From NCBI RefSeq assembly GCF_902713615.1, contig NC_052163.1, positions 84,431,721-84,495,720 on the forward strand: 64,000 nt of DNA. The letters are read 5' to 3'. The notes below the pieces were generated by a model. It did not search any database, was not told the origin of the DNA, and worked only from the letters and a program-made list of their open reading frames with translations. This stretch comes from Scyliorhinus canicula (taxonomy: Eukaryota). Within the stretch, counting starts at the first letter, position 1, and every line of letters starts with the position of its first letter. The position numbers and the translations under genes are program-made. Positions 26,385 through 36,899 of this stretch are shown here, piece after piece.

Positions 26385-29277
26385 ATGATTTTGGCCCTTT
26401 ACACACCATTTTCAGGGGTCAATTTTGAATGATTAGGTGTTGGAAAGTCTGAAGCGGTTGTAGGATGTTGAAGTTCCAGAAGAAGAATCATGGGAAGAAG
26501 GGGGCGAGCGAAAGTCTGCTAGCGAGTTCGGCTGTGAGTCCAGCAGAAGGAAAGATGGCAAGTGTGAGCCCGTCTGGTTGGGCTTCGCCCATTACCGTGG
26601 ATAAGCTGGCCAAAGTGATGGCGGGAGCGTTTGAGCGGTTGTTCTCTAAGCATTTCGATAGGCATCGATAAGAGATGATGACCTCGCTTAAGGAATGGGT
26701 GAGTGAGACTCCTGCCGTGATAAAGGCAGCTTCGAGAAAGACATCGATAGAGATGTGGGAACAAGGAGAGGTGTTGAAGGGGATGGAGGAGACATTGTTG
26801 CAGCACAGCGACTAGTTCACCTCGATGGGTGAGGAGCTGCAGAGGGTGGTGGAGATAAATAAAGGGCTGAGAGCCAAAGTGGAGGAAATGGAGAACAGAT
26901 CACAAAGGCAAAATCTGCAGATCATGGACTACCTGAGGGGTTGGAGGGCCACAGGCCAACGCAATACTTTGTGGAGATGTTCGCTAAGTTGATGGAGGAG
27001 GAGGATCCCTCCCTCTACATGTTGGATAGGGCCCACTGGTCGCTCCGGCCAAAGCCAAAGACGGATGAGCCACCAAGGGCTGTGATAGCCTGCTTCCATA
27101 GTTGTCAGTGAAGGAGAAGATGTTGAGATGGGCGAAGCTGAATTGAGAGGTGAGGTGGGAAGTCGTTGGTATTCAGATACACCAGGATCTTAAGGCGGAG
27201 CTAACGAGGTGGGCGAAGGCAGCATTTACAAGAGTAACATGAGGTTTGGGTTGGTCTACCTGGCGAAGTTGACAGTGATGAACAACTCTTAAGGACTTCT
27301 ATTTTGAGATGACGGAGGAGAAAGAGGAATTTATGAAAACTGAAGGACTGGGACTGAGATGAGTTTGGACTTTGATGTTATTGATCTTTCCTGTTTTCTT
27401 TATGTCTCTTTTATTTTGCTTGGTTCTTGTTTTTACTATGCTCGATGTTGTCATTGGGAAGGGGTGTTTGGGATTGGTAGTGGTTGGCTGGGATGTTGAA
27501 GTTACAGAAGAAGAATCAGGGGAAGAAGGGGGTGAGCAAAGTCCACCAACGAGTTCGGCTGTGAGTCCAGCAGAAGGAAAGATGACGTGTGCCAGCCCAT
27601 CACGTGCTTTCTTTTGGGTCCAAGGGATTATTGAGTGCAGAGTTTGGGAGGTTTAGGTGTGGGGGGTTTTGATGTTGGTTTGGTTTTTATGTCGGGATGA
27701 GGCCCTGGCAGGGGCCACCTCGCTAGCAAATGCAAGTTGGTTAATGAACAGGAGCAAGGTGGGGGAGGGCGCCACGGTTATTAGAGCCTGCATGGACAGG
27801 TTTCAGTGGGCCGGGAGATGTGAATGGTGGGGGGGATGATACTGTGTGAGGTGTTTTCGAGAGGAAGTGGTTGGGGGAGTTTCTGGGAAGCGGCGATTGA
27901 TATGAGGCTGATGGTGACTACGGGTAGGGTTGGGTCTAGCCTGCTGCACGGGGCCTGGAGTAGTAGTTATAGTGGATAGGAGGGGGGGGGGGGGGGGGGG
28001 GAGGTGTGAGAGACCCCGGTCAGCATGGCGACGTGGAATGTGCGAGGGTTGGGGTCACCAGTGAAGCGAGCGAGAGTTTTCTCACACTTAAAAGTGCTTG
28101 AAAGCCGACATGGTGCTGGTCCAAGAGATTCATTTGTGGGTGAAAGACCAGATGAGGCTTAGGAAGGGCTGGGTGAGTCACGTGTTCCACTTGGGCTTTA
28201 AAAGCAGGGCCCGGGGTGGCAATTCTGGTGGATAAAAGGGTGAAGTTTCAGATGTGGAAGATGGTGGCTGATCAGGGGGACAGGTGCTTAATAGTAACGG
28301 GTGCATTGGAAGGGAGGTTGGTAGTGCTGGTTAGAATAAATGCCCCGAATTGGGACAACATCCGATTTATGAAAAGACGTTGGCTGTCATTCCGAATTTT
28401 GATATGCACCAATTAGTACTGGGAGGGGACTTGAACACACTGTTGGATCCGAAGACGGACAGGTCCAAGCCTCGGGTGGGTTTGAAGGTGTTGGCCACCT
28501 TTATGAACGAGGTGGGAGGGGTGTACCCGTGGAGGTTTTGCGTCCCCGGAACAGGGAGTATTTGTTCCTTTTGCCAGTACTCGAGGATTGATTATTTTTG
28601 TGATAGGGAAGTTGTTAGTTGCGGTGATGAAGGCAAAGTATTCTGTGATCATTATTTTGGACCATGCTTCACACTGGGTGGACATGGTCCACATGGACAT
28701 GGAGAAGGGGTCAGCTCAGAGGTGGGCATGGAGGTTCGATGTGAGCATGTTGCCGGATCCAAATTTTTGTATCAAAATCGGGAAAGTGATTGAAGACAAT
28801 GTAGGGTTTAATAGGAATGGGGGGGTTTCGCCGTCAGTGGTATGGGAAGCATAGAAAGCAGTAGTGAGGGGCAAGGTCATTTTGTTTAAGGCACAGGTGG
28901 ACAGGGAGGCAAGGGAGGAGTTGTAGCGTTCGATGGAGGAGATTTTGGAGGTCGATGGAAGGTACAGGGAGGACCCGACGCCTGGTCTTATGGTGAGGAG
29001 GAAGGAGCTACAGGCGAGGTCGATCTTCTGTCCACGGGAAAGGTGGTTCAGCAGCTGAGGCGGGCGAGTGGAGTTGTGTATGAGTATGGGGAGAAGGCCA
29101 GCTGCTCTGCCAATGGGCGATGGCGAGAGAGACTGTTTGATCAGGGATGGCACGGGAGTGCTGGTGGTGGCACCGAAGCAGGTGAACAAGTTTTTGAAGA
29201 GTTTTACAGGGATTTGTTTGCCCCAGGGAGATATTCAGGGAATCCTGTGGTGGTTGCCACGATTAAAATATGGAAGC

Positions 29278-29505
29278 GAAAGAGAAAATGCTGGAAAATC
29301 TCAGCAGGTCTGGCAGCATCTGTCGGGAGAGAAAATAGCTAACGTTTCGAGTCCGATGACTCTGTTTCAAAGCTAGCTTTGACAGAGTCATCGGACTCGA
29401 AACGTTAGCTCTTTTCTCTCCCGACAGATGCTTCCAGACCTGCTGAGATATTCCAGCATTTTCTCTTTCGCTTCAGATTCCAACATCCGCAGTAATTTGT
29501 TTCAA
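29278..29505. mobile_element. Palindromic Penelope-type element with 14-bp TSD
   Basis: ~100-bp inverted arms 29273-29374/29375-29474 centred on AGCTAGCT. TSD TAAAATATGGAAGC (29264-29277) / TAAAATATAGAAGC (29506-29519). Each arm has GAGTC-ATCG-GACTC-GAAACGTT. Confidence 0.75.
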
Positions 29506-30370
29506 TAAAATATAGAAGCAATTTCAGCAGCACTTTAGGTTAGGGACGGGGTCCGAGGTTGATGTCGATCCGAGGGAATCGTGTTTGAACTGGGAAAGAT
29601 GGATACGAGGTTTCAAGGATGGGAGGAAAGAGGGATAAGGAATTTCTTTTTGAAGGGCGGTGCACGAGCTTTGAGAAGTTGAGGGAGAAGTTTGGGTTCC
29701 CGAGTGGGAGGGGTTTTGGATACATGCAGGTGTGGAACTTTGCAGAAAAGGGCTTTCTGACAATATCTTCCTCCTCGTTGTTGGAAAAGGTGTCGGTAGC
29801 GGGGTTGGAGGGTGGGGTCATCTCGGCAGTTTGTGGGAGAATTTTGGACAAAAAGGTGTCCCTGGAGGAGGTCAAAAATAAGTGGGAGGAGGAATTGGTA
29901 TGGCACTAGAGGAGGGGTTGTGGTGCGAAGTGTTGCAGAGGGCGAATGCCTCAACTTTGTGTGAGAGGCTGGAGTTGATACAGCTAAAGGTGGCACACAG
30001 GGAGCGTGTGACGAAGTCGAGGATGAGCCGGCTATTTGAAGGGGTACAGGATATTTGTGAGCGGCATGGGAGGGGCCCAGTTAATAATGTTCTGGTCCTG
30101 CCCAAAGTTGGAGAAATTTTGAAGGTCGTACTTCAGCACCATTTTGGCGGTCTTGCATGTGGATCTGGAGCCTGGTCCCCTGTGGGCCATATTCAGGGTG
30201 TCAGACCTGCTAGAGTTGGAGGCAGGAGTGGGGGCAGATGTTTTAGTCTTCACCTCGCTGATCGCTCATAGGTGAGTTCTGTTGGGGTGAAGGTTAGCTT
30301 CTCCACCCTGTGCCTTGGTGTGGCTGGAGAATCTAATGGAGTTCCTGCATTTAGAAGGTGAAGTTTGCCC

Positions 30371-30656
30371 ATTGCCTCACAGTTCCAGGGACCCGGGTTC
30401 AATTCCGGCCTAGGGTGACTATCTGTGTGGAGTTTGCACATTCTCCTTGTGTCTGTGTGGGTTTCCTCTGGGTGCTCCTGTTTCCTCCCACAGTTCCAAA
30501 GATGTGCAGATCAGGTGCATTGGCTATGCTAAATTGCCCCTTAGTTTCCGAAATGTTAGGTGGGGTTACTGGGGTAGGGGGGAGGCGTGGCCTTAAGTAA
30601 GGTGCCATTTCCAATGGCCGGTGCAAATGGCCTCCTTTTGCACTGTAAATTCTATC
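30371..30656 (+). mobile_element. HE1 SINE inserted in the L1 3' end
   Basis: GGGTTCAATTCC B-box, V-core and CCTCCTTTTGCACTGTAAATTCTAT tail; splits the L1 sequence GTGAAGTTTGCC|TGAGAAGGG. Confidence 0.85.
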
Positions 30657-32222
30657 AAATCTGAGAAGGGCAAATGAGGGGTTCCACAAGACATGGGATT
30701 TGTTTATTCTGAATTTAGAGACGCTAGTTACCGTCAACTGTTATGGGGCAGAGCAGGGGTGGGGTTTTGTGCTAAAATGTCTATTTTATTTTGTGTTGTG
30801 ATGTTTTGTAAATGTGAAAATGTTAAAAACTTGAATAAAAATACTTTTTATGCACATTCTCCCCATGTATGCGTGGGTTTCACCTTCGCAACCCAAAGAT
30901 GTGCTGGTTAGGTAGATTAGCCACACTAAATTGACTATTAAATTTTTTTTAAACTTTTTTTTTTAAAACGATGCATACCTGAGTTCCACCCACGCCCCAA
31001 TACTATCAATGAACAGGTATTTTGAAAAGGACAGCTCCCTGTAATTGGCTCCCAGATGGCAAGTTCTTAATCTTCCAATTCTACTCATGTCTTTTATTGC
31101 TTCACAAATTACCTTTCTACAGTCAACTATTAATATTTTGTATTGAATATTGAAATTTACAGGACACTTGGGTTTTTAAATGTCTTTGTTAATTGGATGC
31201 TGTAGATAGAGAGATGCTGTGAGATCTCTGCCTGGAGACAGAACCATATGACCTGACTACGATGGGGAAGAAACTTAAACAAAAACATATCAAGATATTA
31301 AGTGACAGTTTCTAAATATTTCCACAGTAAAAAGAACAGCTGTTTTGTAATGTACAGGAGAGACAACACTATTCCAGTTGTGTGGCTGAACAAAGCAGTT
31401 ACTGCTATGAAGACAGTGTTTTTGTGTTAGCAGCCAATCCAAATACTTGTAAGAGTTGGTGTTCAGTTTAAAATAAATTATACAGAACCAATGGATTTCT
31501 GGAGATTTTAGGAAGAAGGAGTAGCTGTGGTGAGTTTGTGTGAAAATTATATCTGGAATACTCAGGCTGTATACAACAACTTTTGAAGGACACTGGAAAT
31601 TTCAACCCAGTGTGGCACATAGAAGGGAGCCTGCTAGAAAGCTGGCAGTAACAGAACTATCAGAGTGCAGTGCATCACAAATGCAATCGTACAGCTTCTA
31701 ATTTGCATTAGTTACATCATCCAAAAAGGACATTTTCCTTTGATTTAGTTGCACAAGTAATATTTGATGTAGGTTGATTTTAATTGGTTTCTTCCAGTGA
31801 AGTATTGAAAGGTGAAATCTTGTCCTGATTATTTCTACCAATCACTGGAAACTTTGTGTGTCAAAATTGCTGGTTTCCACAGGGCAACATGTGTCAATCA
31901 CTCCCTCAGTTCTTGTTTTTGAGTTCTGCCAACGTTCAGGGGACCCTGGTGGCATTTGACCAGGCTACTTTATTCCCAGAGGTAAAAGTACCCATATTTC
32001 ACAGACGGTTTTTTTTTTTTAAAGTGGGCTTCGATGCAGGCCTAGTGAGCTAGTTAAAAAAAGAAGCTGCAATAACGGAGAGGCTGTCGGGATAGCCATT
32101 CTACTCAAGTGTCTGAAGAATACGGAGTATTTTTTTGTGATGCGCTAAATCTGGGGCAATGGCCTCAGAGTAACAATTCTGCAACAAAAGAACACATTTG
32201 GGAAGGTGTTTCCTGCACAGAT

Positions 32223-32232
32223 TTTATTTATT
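32223..32232 (-). terminator. Polyadenylation signal(s) of the Ig light-chain cluster
   Basis: Overlapping AATAAA motifs on the minus strand (plus TTTATT at 32223 and 32227), ~310 nt 3' of the C stop codon. Confidence 0.55.
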
Positions 32233-32541
32233 GCCTCTTACATTCGGGGACAAATGATCTGGTTGAAGCTGTTGGCGCATCAGAAATCACCTTCATTAAA
32301 TCCATTGTTAGTGGTGTACAGGCCCCTTTACAGAGCCAAATGTCTAGTTCCATTTACCTTCATGTAGCCTTCTGGATTAGGGTAACACTGAGACTTGCTT
32401 CATGTTCAGATACAAAGCAACCACACAAAGTAAAACAAAGCACAAAATATAATAGACATCAACATAACAGGTAGAAAATGTGGATCGGGGGGGAAGAGAA
32501 GCGTATTATTTTCCCACTATTCGAGTGAAACTTCCATCTAT

Positions 32542-32863
32542 TTAACAGCCGGATTGAGAGGCGGTTGCGGTTGTTTTTGAAGCTGCTCCTTGTTGAACTG
32601 TACAGGAGTACACCTTCCCACTGCTCCAATCTGTGCCAGGGACTGTCAGGTAGCTGCTGAGTCTGAAGCTGTTGTCTGGGTTCCGCGATACCACGCTGGT
32701 TTGTACATCACTGCTCGTCGGGCTCCCATCGACTGTCCAGCTGACCGCAGCAAAGCCCATGGCAGTTTGCTGACCAGGCAAACTAACGTGCCGGCTCCTT
32801 TAGTGGATATCTCATCGGCTGAAGGTCCAAGCAGTTTTACTGAAGGGTCAGGGAGTTGCCGAG
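32542..32863 (-). pseudogene. Ig light-chain constant (CL) exon, sigma-type, frameshifted
   Basis: Acceptor TTCTGATTGCAG|CT, then ARQLPDPSVKLLGPSADEISTKGAGTLVCLVSKL. The frame then shifts (AAA CTG CC ATG, ~32760) into MGFAAVSWTVDG...LSSYLTVPGTDWSSGKVYSCTVQQG...SGC*. Both C1-set Cys, the Trp and the terminal Cys are present. Exon length of 322 nt is 1 nt short of an in-frame length. Confidence 0.95.
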
Positions 32864-33426
32864 CTGCAATCAGAACCAGGGAACACGTATTAAATTTACG
32901 AGAAAATAAAGGATAATTTCAGAGTTTAACAGAAGTAGGTTTGAAATGTTGTAGCTTCCTGTAGTGGACCCCAGAAATGTAGGCTACATCAAAACAGAAG
33001 CCACAACGTTAATCAGTTGTTATCGAGACTGTCCTGATGGTTTAGTGGATTGGAGTTTTCACGTGCTGTGATTCCTATCCTGACCTACCCAAATTAGCTC
33101 TTTGAATTCGGGCATCACTGGCAACATCAGCCTTCATAGGATCTTAAGTTGCCCTGAGGTGATGGTCAGTCAATATCTTGATCGCACTTTGATACGAGTG
33201 GTTTGTTGGTCCATTACAGAGGGCACTTAAGAGTCAGTCCCACTGGTGTGAGGAGTTCCAAACTTTAAAAACACAGCTGAGTTCCTTTCCTAAAAAGGAT
33301 ATTATTGAATTTTACAAAATCTGACTGCTTTATGGATGTGTTTGAATAAACTGGTATTCAAACTTGCAAACTATTGTGGTGGCTTTTGAATCCCTCCATT
33401 AGGTTACAGAAATCTGAATCACTGGA

Positions 33427-33719
33427 CAGCACCTCAGCGCAGTGATTAGCACTGTTGCTTCACAGCGCCAGGGTCCCGGGTTCGATTCCTGGTTGGGTCA
33501 CTGTCTGCATGGAGGCTGTAGATTCACCCTGTGTCTGCGTGGGTTTACTCCGATTTCCTCCCACAAGTCCTGAAAGATGTGCTTGGTAGGTAATTTGGAC
33601 ATTCTGAATTCTCTCTCTGTGTACCCGAACAGGCGCCGGAATGTGGTGACGAGGAACTTTTCTCAGTAACTTCATTGCAGTGTTAATGTAAGCCTACTTG
33701 TGACAATAAAGATTATTAT
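33427..33719 (+). mobile_element. HE1-type SINE in the J-C intron
   Basis: Full head, B-box GGGTTCGATTCC, core, and GACAATAAAGATTATTAT tail. Confidence 0.9.
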
Positions 33720-34164
33720 AGATTAATATGACTCCAATTACTTGTCATTTCCTCTGTCTCTCACATTCTCCAACCAGCCCTACACTGGTACCAGCCGATA
33801 AACAAGTGTATCTTTAGGGATAAACGTGATTCGGGTTTTCAAATTTTGATAGTGAATTAGTGATCAAGGCCAGAATGGCAGCACAACATTCCGCAATTTC
33901 GGCTCTTAAATGTTTCAACTTGTTTTGCATTTATGTGCATTTAGGGTCTCCTGGCATCCAAATAGATTCATCTACCCTTTTCCAACACCATCCCTCCATA
34001 TTTTAGGTTTGAACAAACCAGGAAAAACTGAACCAGAATTTTTCTGGACTGAATTTGATTCCATGTTCATGCAGAATTTTGAGAATGCGATGGTTGCTAA
34101 TCAAATTTGAAAAGAAACAATTTTCAGCAAAACTATGTTAATAAATAGGACTCAACAGAATTGG

Positions 34165-34326
34165 AAGCCCTCAAAATTCCTCCTTCTACTTCGGGTTCTA
34201 GAAGTAATGAACAGATCTAAGCCCTCGAAATTCCTCCCTCTACGTCAGGTTCTAGAAGTAATGAACAGATCTAAGCCCTCAAAATTTCTCCAACTTCAGA
34301 TTCTAAGTAGTAAATAAAACGATCTA
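34165..34326. repeat. 54-bp tandem repeat x ~3 in the J-C intron
   Basis: Units start at 34165, 34219 and 34273 (AAGCCCTCAAAATTCCTCCTTCTACTTCGGGTTCTAGAAGTAATGAACAGATCT); the third is degenerate. Confidence 0.9.
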
Positions 34327-34477
34327 CTGTGAAAACAACACTAATTTACAGATTCAGATTATGCTGGACATTACACACAGTATAAATTTCAGAAGAACAG
34401 TTTAAATTGTAAGTAAATTACTAAATGTTCAAATGCACAGAACACGTTTCTTCAGGAAAGAATTTCCAGCCACTTAC

Positions 34478-34514
34478 CTGCGACAAAGAGTTTGGTCCCT
34501 TGGCCAAACACCCA
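34478..34514 (-). CDS. Ig light-chain J segment (part of a pseudogene cluster)
   Basis: TGG GTG TTT GGC CAA GGG ACC AAA CTC TTT GTC GCA G|GTAAGT = WVFGQGTKLFVA, with the FGxG motif and a phase-1 donor matching the C acceptor. Confidence 0.97.
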
Positions 34515-34553
34515 CACAGTGTGATGTTCTAGGGTTCAGTCCATACAGGTATC
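34515..34553 (-). promoter_or_regulatory. J 23-RSS (perfect heptamer, degenerate nonamer)
   Basis: Minus strand reads GATACCTGT - 23 nt - CACTGTG - J. The nonamer matches only 5/9 of GGTTTTTGT. Confidence 0.85.
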
Positions 34554-34856
34554 CTGGAATCAGACTGAAAACAAGCTCAGATTTTCCAGTCCAGCATTAT
34601 TCAGGCTTCCTGTATTCCCAGAGTTCCTGCTGGCGAGGGACAATAAGGAATAAACTCACAGCAACATCCACACACTGATAGTAAAATATCATCAACACCC
34701 AATACTGGGCAGTCAGATTCAGAATGTCATCAAAATTAAATGATATAAATTGGAAAATATTGTATGAAGTAAAAATTAAGTGATTTTATGAGATACAAAA
34801 CACGAGAAAGATTTATCAGAAAGAAGGATGTTAATTGTGTAATAGTTGCTGCTACC

Positions 34857-34884
34857 CGTTTTTGTTTTACCTTCTGTCACTGTG
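34857..34884 (-). promoter_or_regulatory. V 12-RSS
   Basis: Minus strand reads CACAGTG - ACAGAAGGTAAA (12 nt) - ACAAAAACG; consensus heptamer and 8/9 nonamer. Confidence 0.97.
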
Positions 34885-35205
34885 ACACATACGTGCTGCT
34901 CGAGGAAACCCACTTTCCACAGTAATAGACGGCGGCATCATTCACCTCCACGTTCTTTATGGTTAACTGGTAAATGTTGTGGCCGCTGTTGGCTTTCGAC
35001 ATTAAACGGTCGCTGCTAAACCCAGAACCATAACTCGGGGCACTGCTAGAATGATGATAGTAGAGAATCCATTGAGGAACTGATCCCGGTGTCTGCTTGT
35101 ACCAGCTCACAACATAGCTATCATCCGCTCCAATGTTACAATCCAGTGTGGCCGTGTTTCACGGTGTCACAGTCAGGTCTGGAGGCTGAGTCTGAGACTG
35201 TCCAT
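34885..35205 (-). pseudogene. Ig light-chain V exon, sigma-type, with in-frame TGA
   Basis: Acceptor CTCTTTTACAG, then YGQSQTQPPDLTVTP*NTATLDCNIGADDSYVVSWYKQTPGSVPQWILYYHHSSSAPSYGSGFSSDRLMSKANSGHNIYQLTIKNVEVNDAAVYYCGKWVSSSSTYV. TGA at 35159-35161 replaces the conserved FR1 Gly. The long YYHHS..SYGSGFS CDR2 with a 12-RSS resembles the vertebrate sigma isotype. Confidence 0.95.
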
Positions 35206-35310
35206 CTGTAAAAGAGCAGAGATTAAACATTATAAATTGACTGTTTAAAAGTGATTTCAAGACCTCCACCTGCTGCTGCGGGAGGAGCAGAGTTCAGAGT
35301 TTGTACTTAC

Positions 35311-35359
35311 AGCCCAGCCACAGCGCCAGAGAGCAGAAAAAACACAACATCCGCATCAT
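35311..35359 (-). CDS. Leader (signal peptide) exon of the Ig V
   Basis: ATG ATG CGG ATG TTG TGT TTT TTC TGC TCT CTG GCG CTG TGG CTG GGC T|GTAAGT = MMRMLCFFCSLALWLG; hydrophobic, phase-1, followed by a 105-nt intron. Confidence 0.93.
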
Positions 35360-35467
35360 TGCTGCCAGTGAGTTTGCTGCCTCCTTCAGCGAGTGTATCT
35401 ACCAGACTGTGGCAGCAGCTGCCCATTGAACCCAGTTGTGGAGCCATTCAGACCAGGAAGGAACCCC

Positions 35468-35475
35468 ATGCAAAT
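35468..35475 (-). promoter_or_regulatory. Ig light-chain promoter octamer ATTTGCAT
   Basis: Perfect octamer in light-chain orientation ~110 nt upstream of the leader ATG. A CAGCTG E-box lies at ~35416 and two CCAATCAG boxes at ~35493 and ~35522. Confidence 0.9.
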
Positions 35476-35657
35476 TAGAGAATTCACACTCACCAATCAG
35501 AGCAAGGGTCTGAAACCCCTCCCAATCAGAGTCAGAGATTCAGATTGATGGCGTGACACCTGAGTCCAAAGAGACTAAGTTTTAAACAGAAAACTCGGGG
35601 CGAGGTAGGTCACTTTTAAACGATCAAATTGAAACACAAATTCCTGCTCTTTTACTG

Positions 35658-35800
35658 ATGGAGAGCGTCAAATTCTGACTCAGCCTCCAGACTTTACTGT
35701 GAACAGAACCACACTGGACTGCAGCAGTGGAACAATAATAGCAACAATGTTTATTGGTACCAGGAGCATCGCTTCAGTTGACACTCTTACCACCACTCGG
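35658..35800 (+). pseudogene. Second, inverted Ig V relic (FR1-CDR2), no RSS
   Basis: Mutated acceptor CTCTTTTACTG, then YGERQILTQPPDFTVNRTTLDCSSG, a 1-nt deletion, NSNNVYWYQE, and a degenerate L-Y-H-H-S. The intron end is homologous to that of the minus-strand V. Confidence 0.8.
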
Positions 35801-36899
35801 AACGTGGAATAGTTTTAAAAGTGTGAGCTTCCACTTGAAATCTAGACCAGGATACAAGAAGCAGGCAAACATAAAGACTTCCGCGGAAAATATGGGACAA
35901 GAAAATAAGTTTATCTTCCGGTTCTCTCTTCATACATTTCCTTATAAAACTGGATTTATGTGACACGTTTCTGCACCATATACTGAGACAGCACATGTTA
36001 GTGGAACTCTCTTAGAGTCCTCACAATATATTAACGAACTTTCTCAGTTAACGTTTGATCATCTTGTCATGACAAACACAAGAGGAAAGGGGCTTGTGCC
36101 ATTACTTGCCAGCTATCTGAATATCAAATTCCAACCTATTAAATAATAAAATACCATTAAGGCTGTTAAATATCTCGGTACGTTGTATTGTCTGATACGA
36201 ACTAATTGCACCTCATTTAAATGTTGAAAGGTATTGGGTTGAAGTTAAAAACTGCATTTCTGCAGTGGCAGTATCGACCCTTTGCACATTTTGTTTTGAT
36301 GTTTTTAAATTTCCGTTTCTCTTTTGTTATTTTTGGGCTGTGCTCCAAATAGGAGCGGCCCCTTTTAATTTGGCCCTCGTTGATTTCTGTTCATTTATTC
36401 AGTTCTACTCTAAACCATTCTGCAGTACCAACTTCACCCAATCAACTTTCGGCATTTCAATGCGGCCCAAATCAGCAATCCGGAGTAGGTATGAAACTGA
36501 CAAACACCTGGTCCAAGCAGGTACTGTGCAATGTTATTTTAAGGGGAGGGACGTCCAGAGCAAAGACGAAAGATGTATTTATACAAACATTTGACAAATA
36601 TTTTATTTATTGTTTCATTTGATAGGTTCCTTTAAGTATCTGTCAGACACTCACTGCTTAAAGGGACATTGTCACCAATACAGTGGGAAGTCTCAACACG
36701 TTGTTTTATCAAGAATCACTTCAGAATTTTCGCCACGTTAGTTGCTCCAATTACCAACCCAGCAGTTTTATTCACTGAATATATTGGGACCAGCTTAACT
36801 GTGGGTGGTATTGATATCAAATTAGCCTCTTGTTATACTGTCTGAGTCAGAGGGGGGAAATCAAGCAAGGCCTTCAATATCTATTTGATATTTCCACCA

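Larger units (their letters stand above)
26390..30848 (+). mobile_element. Near full-length decayed L1/Tx1 LINE with RT domain deleted
   Basis: ORF1 remnant (MLKFQKKNHGKKG.., ENRSQRQNL). APE TWNVRGLG..KRARVFSHL at ~28030 and YSRIDYF. At ~29230 the linker jumps directly to the C-terminal region. Ends AATAAAAATACTTTTT. Carries a palindromic element and a SINE as insertions. Confidence 0.85.

Noticed and set aside
31701-31708. Perfect ATTTGCAT octamer ~830 nt downstream of the C stop as a 3' enhancer
   Set aside because: The same octamer also occurs in unrelated AT-rich DNA here (~2194, ~8768), so one site alone is not evidence.
34515-34884. Possible germline-joined VJ, as known for some shark light chains
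   Set aside because: V and J are separate, each with its own RSS, and ~370 nt apart.
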